Shown in pieces: positions 1 to 12,863 of a stretch of 64,000 nucleotides of DNA (position 1 is the first letter of the stretch; each line of letters starts with the position of its first letter). Made by a program: the position numbers and the translations under genes. Below the pieces are notes generated by a model, which did no database searches, was not told the origin of the DNA, and worked only from the letters and a program-made list of their open reading frames with translations. The DNA lies in the NCBI GenBank assembly GCA_964016885.1, contig OZ024748.1, positions 52,824,001 through 52,888,000 on the forward strand, written 5' to 3'. Origin of the DNA: Eledone cirrhosa. Lineage: Eukaryota.

Positions 1-565
1 ATCACGTGACCATACCAACGTAGCCTTCTCTCGAGTAAACAACATCTGATCCTCTTATTCTAATTTCTCCCTTAGTTCGTTATGCTTTGCCGTTCACATA
101 TATTACTATTACACATCCAGCGGAGCATGCAAGCTTCGTTCCTCTCTAGTCTGCGTATATCCTCTGCACACAATGCCCAGGTCTCACTGCCATGTAACAT
201 TGCTGTTCGTATGCAGGCATCATACAGCCTGCTTTTCATTTTTAGGGAGAACCCTTTAGCGGCCAATAGTGGTATAAGCTCTCTGAACTTTTCCATCCAG
301 TTCTGACTCTAGCTACTGTACTTTCAGAGCACCCTCCCCCACTGCTGATTTTGTCACCCAGGTAACGTAAGCTGTCCACTATTTCTATAGAACCATCTGT
401 GCAATGGAATGAGTTAGTATTCTTTGGCACTTGCTGCCACTTATTGCACCAGAGCACTGTCCACATATAAAATCTATATTCTTAGTTAGCTTACCTGTGA
501 TCCCACTACATCTTTTATGTACCCATACTTTGCATTTGGAACATAAAATGGAGTTTCTATCTATA
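1..565 (-). mobile_element. Decayed RTE-clade LINE ORF fragment (RT C-terminal part with an embedded PHD-like Cys/His finger)
   Basis: Frameshifted minus-strand pieces: NSILCSKCKVWVHKRCSG..FICGQC, IEIVDSLRYLGDKI..ARVRTGW, KFRELIPLL..SRLYDACIRTAMLHGSETW..MLRWMC, RRLRWYGHV. These are typical RTE RT C-terminal motifs. Confidence 0.85.
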
Positions 566-570
566 CAAGT

Positions 571-660
571 GTCTTGCTCAAGGAAACAACACATCACCCG
601 GTCTGAGTGATGTGTTGTTTCTTTGAGCAAGACAGTTTATTTCACATTGCTCAATTTACT
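571..660. repeat. SINE-B body fragment folded back on itself (27-bp arms)
   Basis: gtcttgctcaaggaaacaacacatcac (571-597) pairs with gtgatgtgttgtttctttgagcaagac (607-633). The sequence matches the SINE body near 1080-1130. Confidence 0.75.
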
Positions 661-846
661 CTATATATATATATATACATTGAAATCTACCTATTTATGG
701 TAGGACTAACTATGTTAGAATTCCATGCAGTTTTGAAGAGATAATTTCTATCAGATCATGCCCGTGAGAACTATAATTTTTGTAGTAGGTTTCAGCACAC
801 AAGCTTCCATCAAAGATTCTATTGAGCTACAGAGCTACAGCTATAT

Positions 847-899
<53 letters not shown>

Positions 900-1010
900 A
901 CACACCCATACATGTGTATGAATAAAGGATATATATTTGTAAACTAGTATATTAATGGTAAGTATATATGTACATCTGCCATAAACTTGTTCTTATATAC
1001 CACATGAATT

Positions 1011-1352
1011 GGAGCACATGGCTTCGTTGTTAGAGCATTGGCCTTGCAATCGAAAGGTTGTGAGTCAATTCTCAGACCGGGTGATGTGTATTTCCTTGAG
1101 CAAGACACTTTATTTCACATTGCTCCAGTTTACTCAGCTGTAGAAATGAGATGATAGGGACTGGGGTCTATATCGTTCCACTGTAAAGCGGTCGTGGAGG
1201 TGCCACGGCAAAAAAGCACCCAGCACTCACTGTAAATGAGGTTGGCGTTAGGAAGGGCATCCAGCTGTAGAAATCAAGTCAGAATCAGTTCCCGTCCCAC
1301 CCTTGCAAGCAGGGAAAAGCGGACGTAAAATGAAATGATGATGAAATGATGA
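1011..1352 (+). mobile_element. tRNA-derived SINE, family B, full length, RTE-like tail with (ATG)n
   Basis: tRNA-like head, CCTTGAGCAAGACACTT body, tail ...GGAAAAGCGGACGTAAAATGATG. Near-identical to 58922-59250 and to 51767-52099 (minus). Confidence 0.85.
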
Positions 1353-1366
1353 TTCATACATACATA

Positions 1367-1406
<40 letters not shown>

Positions 1407-1496
1407 GATACATATATACATACACATACTTGCATAAATTCATATATTTACACACACACACATATACATCAACACTGCGATCACTACTACCAGGAC

Positions 1497-1690
1497 ATCA
1501 TCATCATCATCAACATCAACATCATCCTCTCATGGTTCATACTGGTCTCTCCATCATCACATCACTCCGCTCATTGCTCATTGTCCTTAGTCCTCTCCTC
1601 TGTGAACTTCAGTGATTCAAGATTAGTTCTCACAAATTCTGTTCAGATCACCTTTGGTCTTCCTCTACTGCAGCTTCCTTCCACTTTCAA
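1497..1690 (-). mobile_element. RTE LINE 3' end fragment
   Basis: Minus strand reads KVEGSCSRGRPK..EFVRTNLESLKFTEERTKD, followed by an (ATG)n-like tail. Confidence 0.6.
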
Positions 1691-2189
1691 ATCAAATCCT
1701 TTTAACCTATGTAGTGCTAAATAATTTCTTGAGACACTAATTGTTTTTCTCCCTAACCTACATTCCTCTTATGTCTTAAGGTCGCCATCTTAAATCACTT
1801 CATTGAAAAACCAAAAATATCAATATTTATTTTTGAATTGTTTTTTTGAAATTAATTTTCTTAAATTTTGACTTTCTCATAAATTTTAAATTTAACACTT
1901 CCGCTTAATTCACCAATTCTTGTACAATCTAAGACAAAATATCATTTATATTTTCTTACTTCCATTCATTTCTTTCTTCTTTCTTTCTTGTTTTTATGGT
2001 CTCCCTCCCTGTCCACCCCATAAAAACAAGTTCATGACATTATTTTAAAAAAAACAAACCCTATTTTAATTTCAAAATCTCTTAACTAAAACATTATCCA
2101 TTGCCATAACCATTTCACCCACTCCCACTACTTCTCCCCCTCTCTCCCAGTAATATTGTCACTACCTCTACCCCCACTTGAATTCAACA

Positions 2190-3790
2190 CACTCTATTGT
2201 ACTACCACCACACTGCTTTACACTACACCGCTTACAATATATCACACCACACCACACTTACACTATATCACACCACACCACACCACTTACACTATAACAC
2301 ACCATACCACACCGCTTACTCTATATCACACCACCACACTTACACTATATCACACCGCTTACTCTATATCACACCACCACACTTACACTATATCACACCG
2401 CTTACACAGTATCACACCACTTACAATATATCACACCACACCACACTTACACTATATCACACCACACCACACCACACCACCCACACTACGCCATACCACC
2501 CACACTACACAACCACATCACATCACACCACCACACTACACAACCACACCACATCACACCACACCACACCACCCACACTACACCATATCACCCACACTAC
2601 ACAACCACATCACATCACACCACACCACCACACTACACAACCACACCACATCACACCACATCAAACCACACCACACCACACCACCCACACTACGCCATAC
2701 CACCCACACTACACAACCACATCACATCACACCACACCACCACACTACACAACCACACCACATCAAACCACACCACACCACACCACCCACACTACGCCAT
2801 ACCACCCACACTACACAACCACATCACATCACACCACACCACCACACTACACAACCACACCACATCACACCACACCACACCACACCACCCACACTACACC
2901 ATACCACCCACACTACACAACCACATCACATCACACCACACCACCACACTACACAACCACACCACATCAAACCACACCACACCACACCACCCACACTACA
3001 CCATACCACCCACACTACACAACCACATCACATCACACCACACCACCATACTACACAACCACACCACATCACACCACACCACACCACACCACCCACACTA
3101 CGCCATACCACCCACACTACACAACCACATCACATCACACCACACCACCATACTACACAACCACACCATATCACACCACACCACACCACACACACTACAC
3201 CATACCACCCACACTACACCACACCACATCACACCACCACACTACACAACCACATCACACCACACCACCACACTACACAACCACACCAAACCACCACACC
3301 ACACCACCCACACTACACCAAACCACCCACACTACACAACCACACCACAACCACACCACACCACATTACACCTCCACACCACACCACACTACACCACACC
3401 ACAACCACACCACACTACACCTCCACACCACACCACAACCACACCACACCACACCCCCACTACACCACACCACACTACACAACCACACCACAACCCCACT
3501 ACACCACACCACACCACACCACACCATACCACACTACACAACCATACCACACCACCCACCACACTACACCACACCACACCACACCATACCATACCACACT
3601 ACACAACCACACAACCACACCACACCACACTACACCACACCAGAACCACACCACACTACACCTCCGCACCACACCACAACCACACCACACCACACCACAA
3701 CCCCACTACACCACACCACACCATACCACACCACACCATACCACACTACACAACCACAACCACACCACACCACACCACACCACACTATTA
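2190..3790. repeat. Complex (CACAC/CCACA)n minisatellite with longer recurring units
   Basis: Low-complexity C/A tract with recurring cactacacaaccacatcacatc blocks. Confidence 0.9.
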
Positions 3791-3976
3791 TACCACACAG
3801 TGATCACAGATCATAACCTACAGAATTTCACGCTTAAGTTGGTTTTAACTTCCCAATTCTCCTCACTCACCACCACACAGGAATCCTACACACATATACA
3901 CATATATAGATAGAGGGTGAGAAAGGGAGATGTATATATATACATATATATATGGAGAGAGAGAGAGAGTGAGAAG

Positions 3977-4021
<45 letters not shown>

Positions 4022-4173
4022 AAGAGATGTATATATATGTATGTATATGTATGTATATATATGTATGTATGTATATGTTCATATGTGTATGTGTTGTATA
4101 TTTAAAAAGGTTGTCTTAACAGTTAATTTACCACCTCACTTAACAGTATATATTTCTGTGTATATTGTGTGCG

Positions 4174-4213
<40 letters not shown>

Positions 4214-4436
4214 CGTGTTAGTTTGTGTGTGCGTATATATATATATATAGGCTTGTGTGGAAGTAGAGATATACATAGGACAACAATGTTATGGAGGTGG
4301 GTGTATAGTGAGAGAATAAGGTGGTTTACATTGAAGTGAGTGAACATACACTGGGAGTGTGTTGGTGGTGAGTTGGTGTCACACAATGACAAGCTCTTAT
4401 ATTTGTTCTGTAAAAGAGCAAATACCTCCAATACCT

Positions 4437-6470
4437 ACACCACCACCACCATCACCATAAACACCACCACCACTACCACCACTACCATAAACACCACCAC
4501 CACTACCATCACCATAAACACCACCACCACCACCACCACTACCATCACCATAAACACCACCACCACCACCACCACTACCATCACCATAAACACCACCACC
4601 ACCACCACCACTACCATCACCATAAACACCACCACCACCACCACCACTACCATCACCATAAACACCACCACCACCACCACCACTACCACCACCACCACCA
4701 CCATCACCATAAACACCACCACCACTACCACCACTACCGTCACCATAAACACCACCACCACCACCACCACCACTACCATCACCATAAACACCACCACCAC
4801 CACCACCACCACTACCATCACCATAAACACCACCACCACCACCATCACCATAAACACCACCACCACCACCACCACCACCATAAACACCACCACCACCACC
4901 ACCACCACTACCATCACCATAAACACCACCACCACCACTACCATCACCATAAACACCACCACCACCACCACTACCATCACCATAAACACCACCACCACCA
5001 CCACCACTACCATCACCATAAACACCACCACCACCACCACCATCACTACCATCACCATAAACACCACCACCACCACCATCACTACTGCCGTCACCATAAA
5101 CACCACCACCACCACCACTACCATCACCATAAACACCACCACCACCACCACCACTACCATCACCATAAACACCACCACCACCACCACCACCACTACCATC
5201 ACCATAAACACCACCACCACCACTACCATCACCATAAACACCACCACCACTACCACCACTACCATCACCATAAACACCACCACCACCACCATCACCATAA
5301 ACACCACCACCACTCCATCACCATAAACACCACCACCACCACCACCACCATCACCATAAACACCACCACCACCACTACCATCACCATAAACACCACCACC
5401 ACTACCATCACCATAAACACCACCACCACCACCACCACTACCATCACCATAAACACCACCACCACTACCACCACTACCATCACCATAAACACCACCACCA
5501 CTACCATCACCATAAACACCACCACCACCACCACCATCACCATAAACACCACCACCACCACCACCACTACCATCACCATAAACACCACCACCACCACCAT
5601 CACCATAAACACCACCACCACCACCATCACTACCATCACCATAAACACCACCACCACCACCATCACCATAAACACCACCACCACCACCATCACTACCATC
5701 ACCATAAACACCACCACCACCACCACCACTACCATCACCATAAACACCACCACCACCACCACCACCACCATCACCATAAACACCACCACCACCACCACCA
5801 CTACCATCACCATAAACACCACCACCACCACCACTACCATCACCATAAACACCACCACCACCACCATCACTACCATCACCATAAACACCACCACCACTAC
5901 CATCACCATAAACACCACCACCACCACCATCACCATAAACACCACCACCACCATCACCATAAACACCATCACCACCACCACCACCAACCTCACTACCATC
6001 CCCACTACCACCACCACCACAATCACCATCATCAACACCACCATCACCACCATCCCCACCACCACCACAATCACCACCATCACCACCATATCCACCACCA
6101 CCACAACCAACCTCACCACCATCATCACCATCACTGACATCTCCACCACCAACACCACAGTCCCCACCACCACAATCCCCACAACACCACAGTCCCCACC
6201 ACCAACACCACAGTCCCCACCCCATCCCCACCCCCACAATCCCTACAACACCACAGTCCCCACCACCACCACAGTCCCCTCCACTACCACCACCACGACA
6301 GTCCCCACCACCACCACCACAATATCCCCACCATCCCCACAACACCACAGTCCCCACCACCATCACCACAGTCCCCACCCCCACCCCCATAGTCCCCCCC
6401 CCCCACCCCCACAGTCCCCACCACCATCACAGTCCCCACCACCACCACCACCACAGTCCCCCCACTACCA
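4437..6470. repeat. (ACC)n expansion punctuated by ATCACCATAAAC, grading into ACAGTCCCC units
   Basis: Directly visible triplet-based minisatellite. Confidence 0.95.
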
Positions 6471-6632
6471 CCTCCTTGTTTAATGATGTTGAAAAAAAAG
6501 CATAACAAATTTAAAATGAAACCAAAAACAAAAAACAATCCAAACAGAAAACAAAACAAATAAATTTACTCCATAAATAAAATTCAACTTTGACCTATTT
6601 TATGTCTTTATTATTATTGATAGATTTTGAGT

Positions 6633-6805
6633 GCAGTGGATTGGCAGAATCAGTAGAGCGTCAGACAACATGCTTTGTGGCATAGAGTTACATCCCTTTA
6701 TGTTCTGAGTTTAAATTCCGCAGATGTTAGCTTTGCCTTTCATCCTTAAGGGGTCAATAAAATAAACTACCAGTAATAAACTGGGATAATTGCTGGCATT
6801 GTGCC
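6633..6805 (+). mobile_element. tRNA-derived SINE, family A
   Basis: A-box-like TGGCAGAATCAG, B-box-like GAGTTTAAATTCC, core GCCTTTCATCCTT..GGGGTCAATAAAATAAA.TACCAG. Confidence 0.8.
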
Positions 6806-6819
6806 AGCATCTCTACTAC

Positions 6820-7620
6820 CACCTACACCATTACACCAACAAAACTACCAACAACTCCACCATCACTACTACCACCACCAAAACCTCCAACACCACCATC
6901 ACTACTACCACCAACACCAGCACACCATCAAAACCATCAACACCACCACCACCATCAAAACCCCCAATACCACCATCACTACTACCACCAACACCAGCAC
7001 ACCATCAAAACCATCAACACCACCACCACCAACACCATCAAAACCACCAACACCACCATCACTACTACCACCAACACCACCACCACCAACACCATCAAAA
7101 CCACCAACACCAGCACACCATCAACGTCACCACCACCATCAAAACCATCAACAACACACCCATGACTACTACCACCAACACCACCACCATCACTACCACC
7201 AGCACCATCAAATCCACCAACAACACCACTATCGCTACCACCAACACTATTAAAACCACCAATACCATTAAAACCACCATCACTACTACCACCAACACCA
7301 TTAAAATCACCATCACTACTACCACCAACACCATTACATTACTACAACAAGCATTATAAAATCACATCACTAAACTCACCACCAACACCATCTCTATGAA
7401 CACCTCCACCACCATTACTACCACCAAAACATTACTACTACAAACACTATAACACTACACTCATCACCATCATCACTACCACCAACACTATCTCTATGAC
7501 CACCACCACCACCACCATTACCACTACTACCAAAACTTTACTACTACAAGGACTATAACACCACATCACCACCACCACCAACACTATCTCTATGACCAAC
7601 AACACCACCACCACCACCAT
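6820..7620. repeat. Degenerate (ACC/AAC/ATC)n low-complexity tract
   Basis: Directly visible. Confidence 0.85.
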
Positions 7621-7664
7621 TATACTGTTTACACATGGACAAGCAAGTAATCAACTTCTCTAAC

Positions 7665-7812
7665 CTTTGATCCCCTCCGGAGGAACATAACCCGTAGCCT
7701 GCAGTCTGTCTGAAAAGCTCAACGTGGGGTCAACACTTGGTGAATTTTTTTCTCTGAATTCTTCAAATGTGATGTACACAGTGTCAAACCAAATGGGGTT
7801 TTTACAGAGAAA
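7665..7812 (-). CDS. Candidate internal coding exon, product unknown
   Basis: Unique sequence island. Acceptor-like ccttccctag, open frame [49 protein letters not shown], donor-like G|GTTAGA. No family recognised. Confidence 0.3.
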
Positions 7813-7961
7813 CTAGGGAAGGCAAGCTGGAGAATTCTTACAATGTTTCCACTTGTCCAACTTTTATCTTTGTTATTTAAATTAAAATTTGCTTATGTAT
7901 ATGCATATAAATATGTATGCACACTTATATACATACACGCATATACATATGTATGTGCGTT

Positions 7962-8113
<152 letters not shown>

Positions 8114-8334
8114 GTGACAAATGCTTCTGAAGAACAGATCAAGGAAAAAGCTCTCTACATATATATATCTCACTTTGTAAGTGTTTATGTATATATAAAC
8201 ATGTGCACGTACAAACCCGCGCGCGCGTGTGTGTGTGTGTGTTAAGTATTTCCGTAGGAAAGGTAAAGGAAAGAAGAGTGCTCTATGTATAATACAGAGC
8301 TATTTAATTATATAATAAACAACACAATATAATT

Positions 8335-8406
8335 ATTCCATTACCTAAGGTTTCACGAAGTTAGACGATTCTAACAGAAACGTCCATTTCGTTCATCAGA
8401 TGAAAT
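8335..8406 (-). ncRNA. Type-I hammerhead ribozyme motif in a (TA)n-flanked element (about 8250-8406)
   Basis: Minus strand: ATTTCAT-CTGATGA-acgaa..ttcgt-GAAA-CCTTAGG-TA-ATGGAAT. Stem I 7 bp (one G-U), stem II 5 bp, stem III ACC/GGT, GUA triplet. Confidence 0.75.
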
Positions 8407-8843
8407 ATATATATATATATATATGTCCGTGTGTGTATATATATATATATTTATATTCACTGTTTACTTCGTTAGTTTTATTATTTTGATAATAATATAT
8501 GTAGCGTTTGCTTATTCATTTATTTTTAGCTACAGAAATTGTTATATATATTTTTTTCATAGGAAAATTTGTACTGAAACAACAACAAAACGAATTCAAA
8601 AAAGAAAGATTATAAAAATGGGTGTTTTGGTAAAGTTTAACCCCCCTCAGGTACTATTCATTGGATAGCAGTAACAAAGTTTAGCTATTAGTGTGTTATG
8701 TCACAAGAACGGTCATTAGTAAGAATGTGTTTTGAAAAATTTATACTCTATTAACCTTTGTAAGATGACTTGATCAAAATATTGGTCTATCATTTTATTC
8801 GTGCTAGAAAGTACAAAGAAGACAGCTAATTCATTCATATATA

Positions 8844-8966
8844 CAGTGTGTGCCCCCCCCCCCCCAAAAAAAAAATATATATATATATACACACTTCAAT
8901 AGCATTCTAATAAATATTGCCTGTACAGGTAATCAAATTGTGTATATATTTTTGGGGGACATCCTG
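8844..8966. mobile_element. Tc1/mariner-type MITE
   Basis: Preceded by TA. TIRs CAGTGTGTGCCCC..AAAA / TTTTGGGGGACATCCTG. Internal acacttcaatagcattctaat is shared, inverted, with 28213-28291. Confidence 0.65.
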
Positions 8967-9094
8967 TGTGCGTGTATATATATAATCTATATAAAATGGC
9001 TGACTTAATACGCACACATTTTTAACTCACTTTTTCTTCCATTACTTCCTCTTTTCACTTTTTATCTCTATTTCATCTTTTATTTCTCATTCTA

Positions 9095-9130
9095 TCTTCT
9101 GATGAAGGAATAGTGTCCGAAATATTAAGA
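9095..9130 (+). ncRNA. Minimal hammerhead ribozyme motif
   Basis: TCTT-CTGATGA-aGGAatagtgTCC-GAAA-TAT-T-AAGA, with palindromic ATAT stem III. Same family as 52397-52432. Confidence 0.65.
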
Positions 9131-9248
9131 CTCTTTTCTTATTATTTTCATTGTACTGTGTCATTTGCTTTGTTATTTCTGTTTACCTTTTACATATATA
9201 TATATATTCTTTTCCCGTCTCCAGCTTTCCAGCCTTCTCTCTTTCCAC

Positions 9249-9284
9249 TTTCCTGATGAAGGATTTATGTCCGATACATTGAGA
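9249..9284 (+). ncRNA. Degenerate second hammerhead motif, 154 bp downstream of the first
   Basis: TTTC-CTGATGA-aGGAtttatgTCC-GATA-CAT-T-GAGA; GAAA is mutated to GATA. Confidence 0.5.
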
Positions 9285-9398
9285 CGTTTATTTACTCCTT
9301 TTTCTTCTTTCTTTGTCTTTATTCGCAAGCATCAACTTAATACTACTTTGTTTTTGCCTCTCTGTGTTTGTCATGTTTATTCTTGAACTATATATATA

Positions 9399-9637
9399 GT
9401 TATACTTTGGGAAGGTCATGTTGTCAATAAAAACACACGCACCTGTTGGTTTTCACTTCAATTTATTACAAATTTCCGGTTGGTTGGTTCAATAACCAGG
9501 AAGGTTGTTTATATATTGTATTGTATATTGTGAAAGCTCTTTAGTCACACATTCTGTGACCTCCTCCCAAAGTATAACAATATCTCTTTCAACACATGTT
9601 TTCAGATAAGAAATCTGACAAAACTAATTTAAAAACG

Positions 9638-9640
<3 letters not shown>
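9399..9640. repeat. (TA)n-flanked element with a 20-bp inverted repeat
   Basis: gttatactttgggaaggtca (9399-9418) versus tgacctcctcccaaagtataac (9557-9578). Confidence 0.65.
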
Positions 9641-9684
<44 letters not shown>

Positions 9685-9889
9685 GCAGATTAGCAGAATT
9701 TGCAAGAGGCATTGGACAAAATGTGGTATTTTTTCCCAGCTCTTAATATTCTGAATATCCAGATAGGTGTAGCAAACTTGTGTGTCTAACTGACATCTTG
9801 GTTTCAGGTAAAACTAACAGAACTAACTGAAGGAAAGCAACAGGAAGCTGCCTATGGATTCCCACGTGAAAATTCCATAACAAGCACAT

Positions 9890-11345
9890 AGCTCTTATTT
9901 TGGAAGTCAAGGTATTCCAGCCATTACCATTGAAACTTTTATTAAGATACAATATATCTGATTATCTTGTATCTTCAATTCAGTTATCATGCCAACCCTC
10001 AATTATGGTTATGAATCTTGGGTAATGACTGAAAGAATATGATCGCAAATACACGTGGTCAAAATGGGGTTCGTCCGAAAGGTCTTTGAAATAACGTTAC
10101 ACAACAGAGTGCATAGCTTAGAGATCAGAGAGTAGCTTCAGGTAGAGCTGCTACTTCTCTGTATTGAAAGATCACAGCTTCGATACTATGGGCAAATGGT
10201 TAGAATGTCTCAGGAAAAAAAATGGCTGGGCAGATTTTATGAGCAAAACCAACTGGAAAACAAATCGCTGGATTGATTTTATGGGCAAAACCAACTGAAA
10301 AAAATCGTTGGATAGATTTTATGGGCAAAACCAACTGGAAAACAAATCGTTGGATAGATTTTATGGGCAAAACCAACTGGAAAACAAATCGTTGGATAGA
10401 TTTTATGGGCAAAACCAACTGGAAAACAAATCGTTGGATAGATTTTATGGGCAAAACCAACTGGAAAAAAAATCGCTTGATAAATTTTATGGGCAAACCC
10501 ATCCGGGAAACAAATCGCTGCGTAGATTTTATGGACAAACCCAACTGAAAAAAATCGCTGGATAGATTTTATGGGCAAAACCAACTGGAAAAAAAATCGC
10601 TTGATAAATTTTATGGGCAAACCCATCCGGGAAACAAATCGCTGCGTAGATTTTATGGACAAACCCAACTGAAAAAAATCGCTGGATAGATTTTATGGGC
10701 AAAACCAACTGGAAAAAAAATCGCTTGATAAATTTTATGGGCAAACCCATCCGGGAAACAAATCGCTGCGTAGATTTTATGGACAAACCCAACTGAAAAA
10801 AATCGCTGGATAGATTTTATGGGCAAAACCAACTGGAAAAAAAATCGCTTGATAAATTTTATGGGCAAACCCATCCGGGAAACAAATCGCTGCGTAGATT
10901 TTATGGACAAACCCAACTGAAAAAAATCGCTGGATAGATTTTATGGGCAAAACCAACTGGAAAAAAAATCGCTTGATAAATTTTATGGGCAAACCCATCC
11001 GGGAAACAAATCGCTGCGTAGATTTTATGGACAAACCCAACTGAAAAAAATCGCTGGATAGATTTTATGGGCAAAACCAACTGAAAAAAATCGCTGGATA
11101 GATTTTATGGGCAAAACCAACTGAAAAAAATCGCTGGATAGATTTTATGGGCAATCCCAACTGACAAGAGAACCAGGAGTAGACTCCAAGCAAGATGTTT
11201 GGATGACATCCATGAGCTTGGCTGGTCTCACGTGGGGATCCAGCTGGAACAATTGGAGATGATTGCTTCTGACAGAACCTGCTTGAAGGAGTGTTTGAGG
11301 ACTATTCCCCCATGTCCCTCCCAGGAATAAGTGAGGGAAGAATAT
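9890..11345 (+). mobile_element. RTE/Expander-like LINE 3' fragment interrupted by a minisatellite made from its own sequence
   Basis: LNYGYESWVMTERI..MGFVRKV..LLLCIERSQLRYYGQMVRM, and after the array DDIHELGWSHVGIQLEQLEMIASDR. Related copies at 32690, 41240 and 61133. Confidence 0.8.
10225..11165. repeat. 41-42 bp tandem array (about 22 units) containing a 124-bp trimeric higher-order repeat
   Basis: Unit gctggatagattttatgggcaaaaccaactggaaaaaaatc. Identical ORF starts recur every 124 bp (10544, 10668, 10792, 10916, 11040). Confidence 0.95.
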
Positions 11346-12457
11346 ATCTGCGGTTATATTATTGAAATTGGGCTACTTTTTTCTAGGATGGAGAGTGTAA
11401 TTTAAGGAAGATTTGATTATCATTTCTAGTAGTTTAAGTGAACATATAAAGATTCGTTCAGAGGACAGTTGAATAGGATAGCTTCTGGACAATGAAGGGG
11501 GGAGAGAGAGGGGGGGGGGGGGAGAAAAAGGTAGAAATGAAAATAAAGCTAGATGGATAGAGAGAGAGATGGACAAAGGGAGAAAAAGTGGAAAAGAAAA
11601 GAAAGATTGACGGATGGAGAGAGAGAGAGATGATAGAGAGAGAGATGATAGAGAGAGATGAGAGGGAGAGAGAAAGAAGTAGAAAGGAAAAGAAATCTAG
11701 ATGGAGAGAGAGAGATGAGAGAGAAATGGACAAATGGAGAAAAAGTGGTAAAGAAAAGAGAGGGAGATGAGAGAGAGAGAGATGGACAAAAGGGGAAAAA
11801 AAGAGAAAATAATAAGAAAACATCTTGTATTTTTGTTTAATTTTTTAAAATTTAATTTTAATGCTATTTTTTATCCTTGTTATCTAATTTGCTTTATTTG
11901 TTTTTTTTTAATGTGTTTTTAATAGTTATTTTATGAAATTATTTCCATTTTTATTCATTTGTTTTTTATTTTCATTTGTATATTTTTTTGTGTGTGATTT
12001 TGTATTATGATACTTTTTTTTCTTCAGCTATTTTTGTGATGTTTTGTAATATGCCTATTATGTGAATTTTAGTGTTGAATTTTTAAGGTATGTTTTATTA
12101 TTATTTTTTCTTTCGTTATTGGACATATTTTTATCATTTCGGTTTTCTTTTTTTTTCTGAAGAATTTATTATATTTTTAGTGATGTTTTGGGGATATTGT
12201 GTGATTGTTATTTTGTGAAATCTTGTTCATGTTTTGTTGTATTTTTAATATTATCTTTTTTTGAAAATTTTTTAATAACCTTTTTGATTTTCGGGGTGAT
12301 TAAAAACATGTAACTATATTTAAATTTATATTCGGCCCATTATTATTTGTGCAGTTTTTCATTCTTGTATTGTTTCAAACGTCATGTGCCCTTGTGGCAA
12401 AAAACAAACAAACAAAAATAAATAACAAAACAAAAAAAGTGTCATCATTATTGTTGT

Positions 12458-12863
12458 TTGCCAGTATCGGTAGAGCGTCAAAACACCATGCTTTGCAGCA
12501 CAGAGTTATGGCCCTTTACGTTCTTAGTTTAAATCCCGCTGAGGTTAGCTTTGCTTTCATCCTTACGGGGGTCGATAAAATAAAGTACCAGTAATGCACA
12601 GGGGTCGATTTAATCGATTTTCCCCGCCCCAAAAATTGATGGCCTTGTGCCTAAAGAAGAAACAATTCTTATTGTTGTTATATTGGCAGTATCGGTAGAG
12701 GGTCGGACGCCATGCTTTCTAGCATAGTTACGTCCCTTTACAGTCTGAGTTCAAATCCCGCCGAGGTTGACTTTGCCTTTCATCCTTACGGGGTCGATAA
12801 AATAAAGTACCAGTAATGCACTGGGTAATTGCTGGCCTTGTGCCTAAAGTAGAAACAGTTATT
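12458..12863 (+). mobile_element. Two tandem family-A SINEs (long and short variant)
   Basis: Heads near 12458 and 12682, each with the family core and the GGCCTTGTGCCTAAAG.AGAAACA tail. Confidence 0.85.

Noticed and set aside
780-825. Minus-strand ttgatgg-aagc..gct-gaaac motif
   Set aside because: Two core mismatches and no convincing stems I or III. It may be a decayed copy but cannot be supported.
2156-3913. 585- and 539-aa His/Thr/Pro-rich ORFs
   Set aside because: C/A minisatellite lacks stop codons in several frames by composition. No domain or splice context supports a gene.
4435-6390. 651-aa Gly-rich ORF (GGGGVYGDG) resembling structural proteins, and a poly-Thr mucin-like ORF on the other strand
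   Set aside because: The same (GGT)n repeat switches to poly-Val after a frame slip near 5313, and both strands are open. This is a repeat artefact.
8127-8160. CTGAAGA..GAAA hammerhead-like string
   Set aside because: No stem II or stem III pairing.
10225-11165. CRISPR-like appearance of regular repeats
   Set aside because: No unique spacers. Units are contiguous and derived from LINE sequence in a eukaryotic context.
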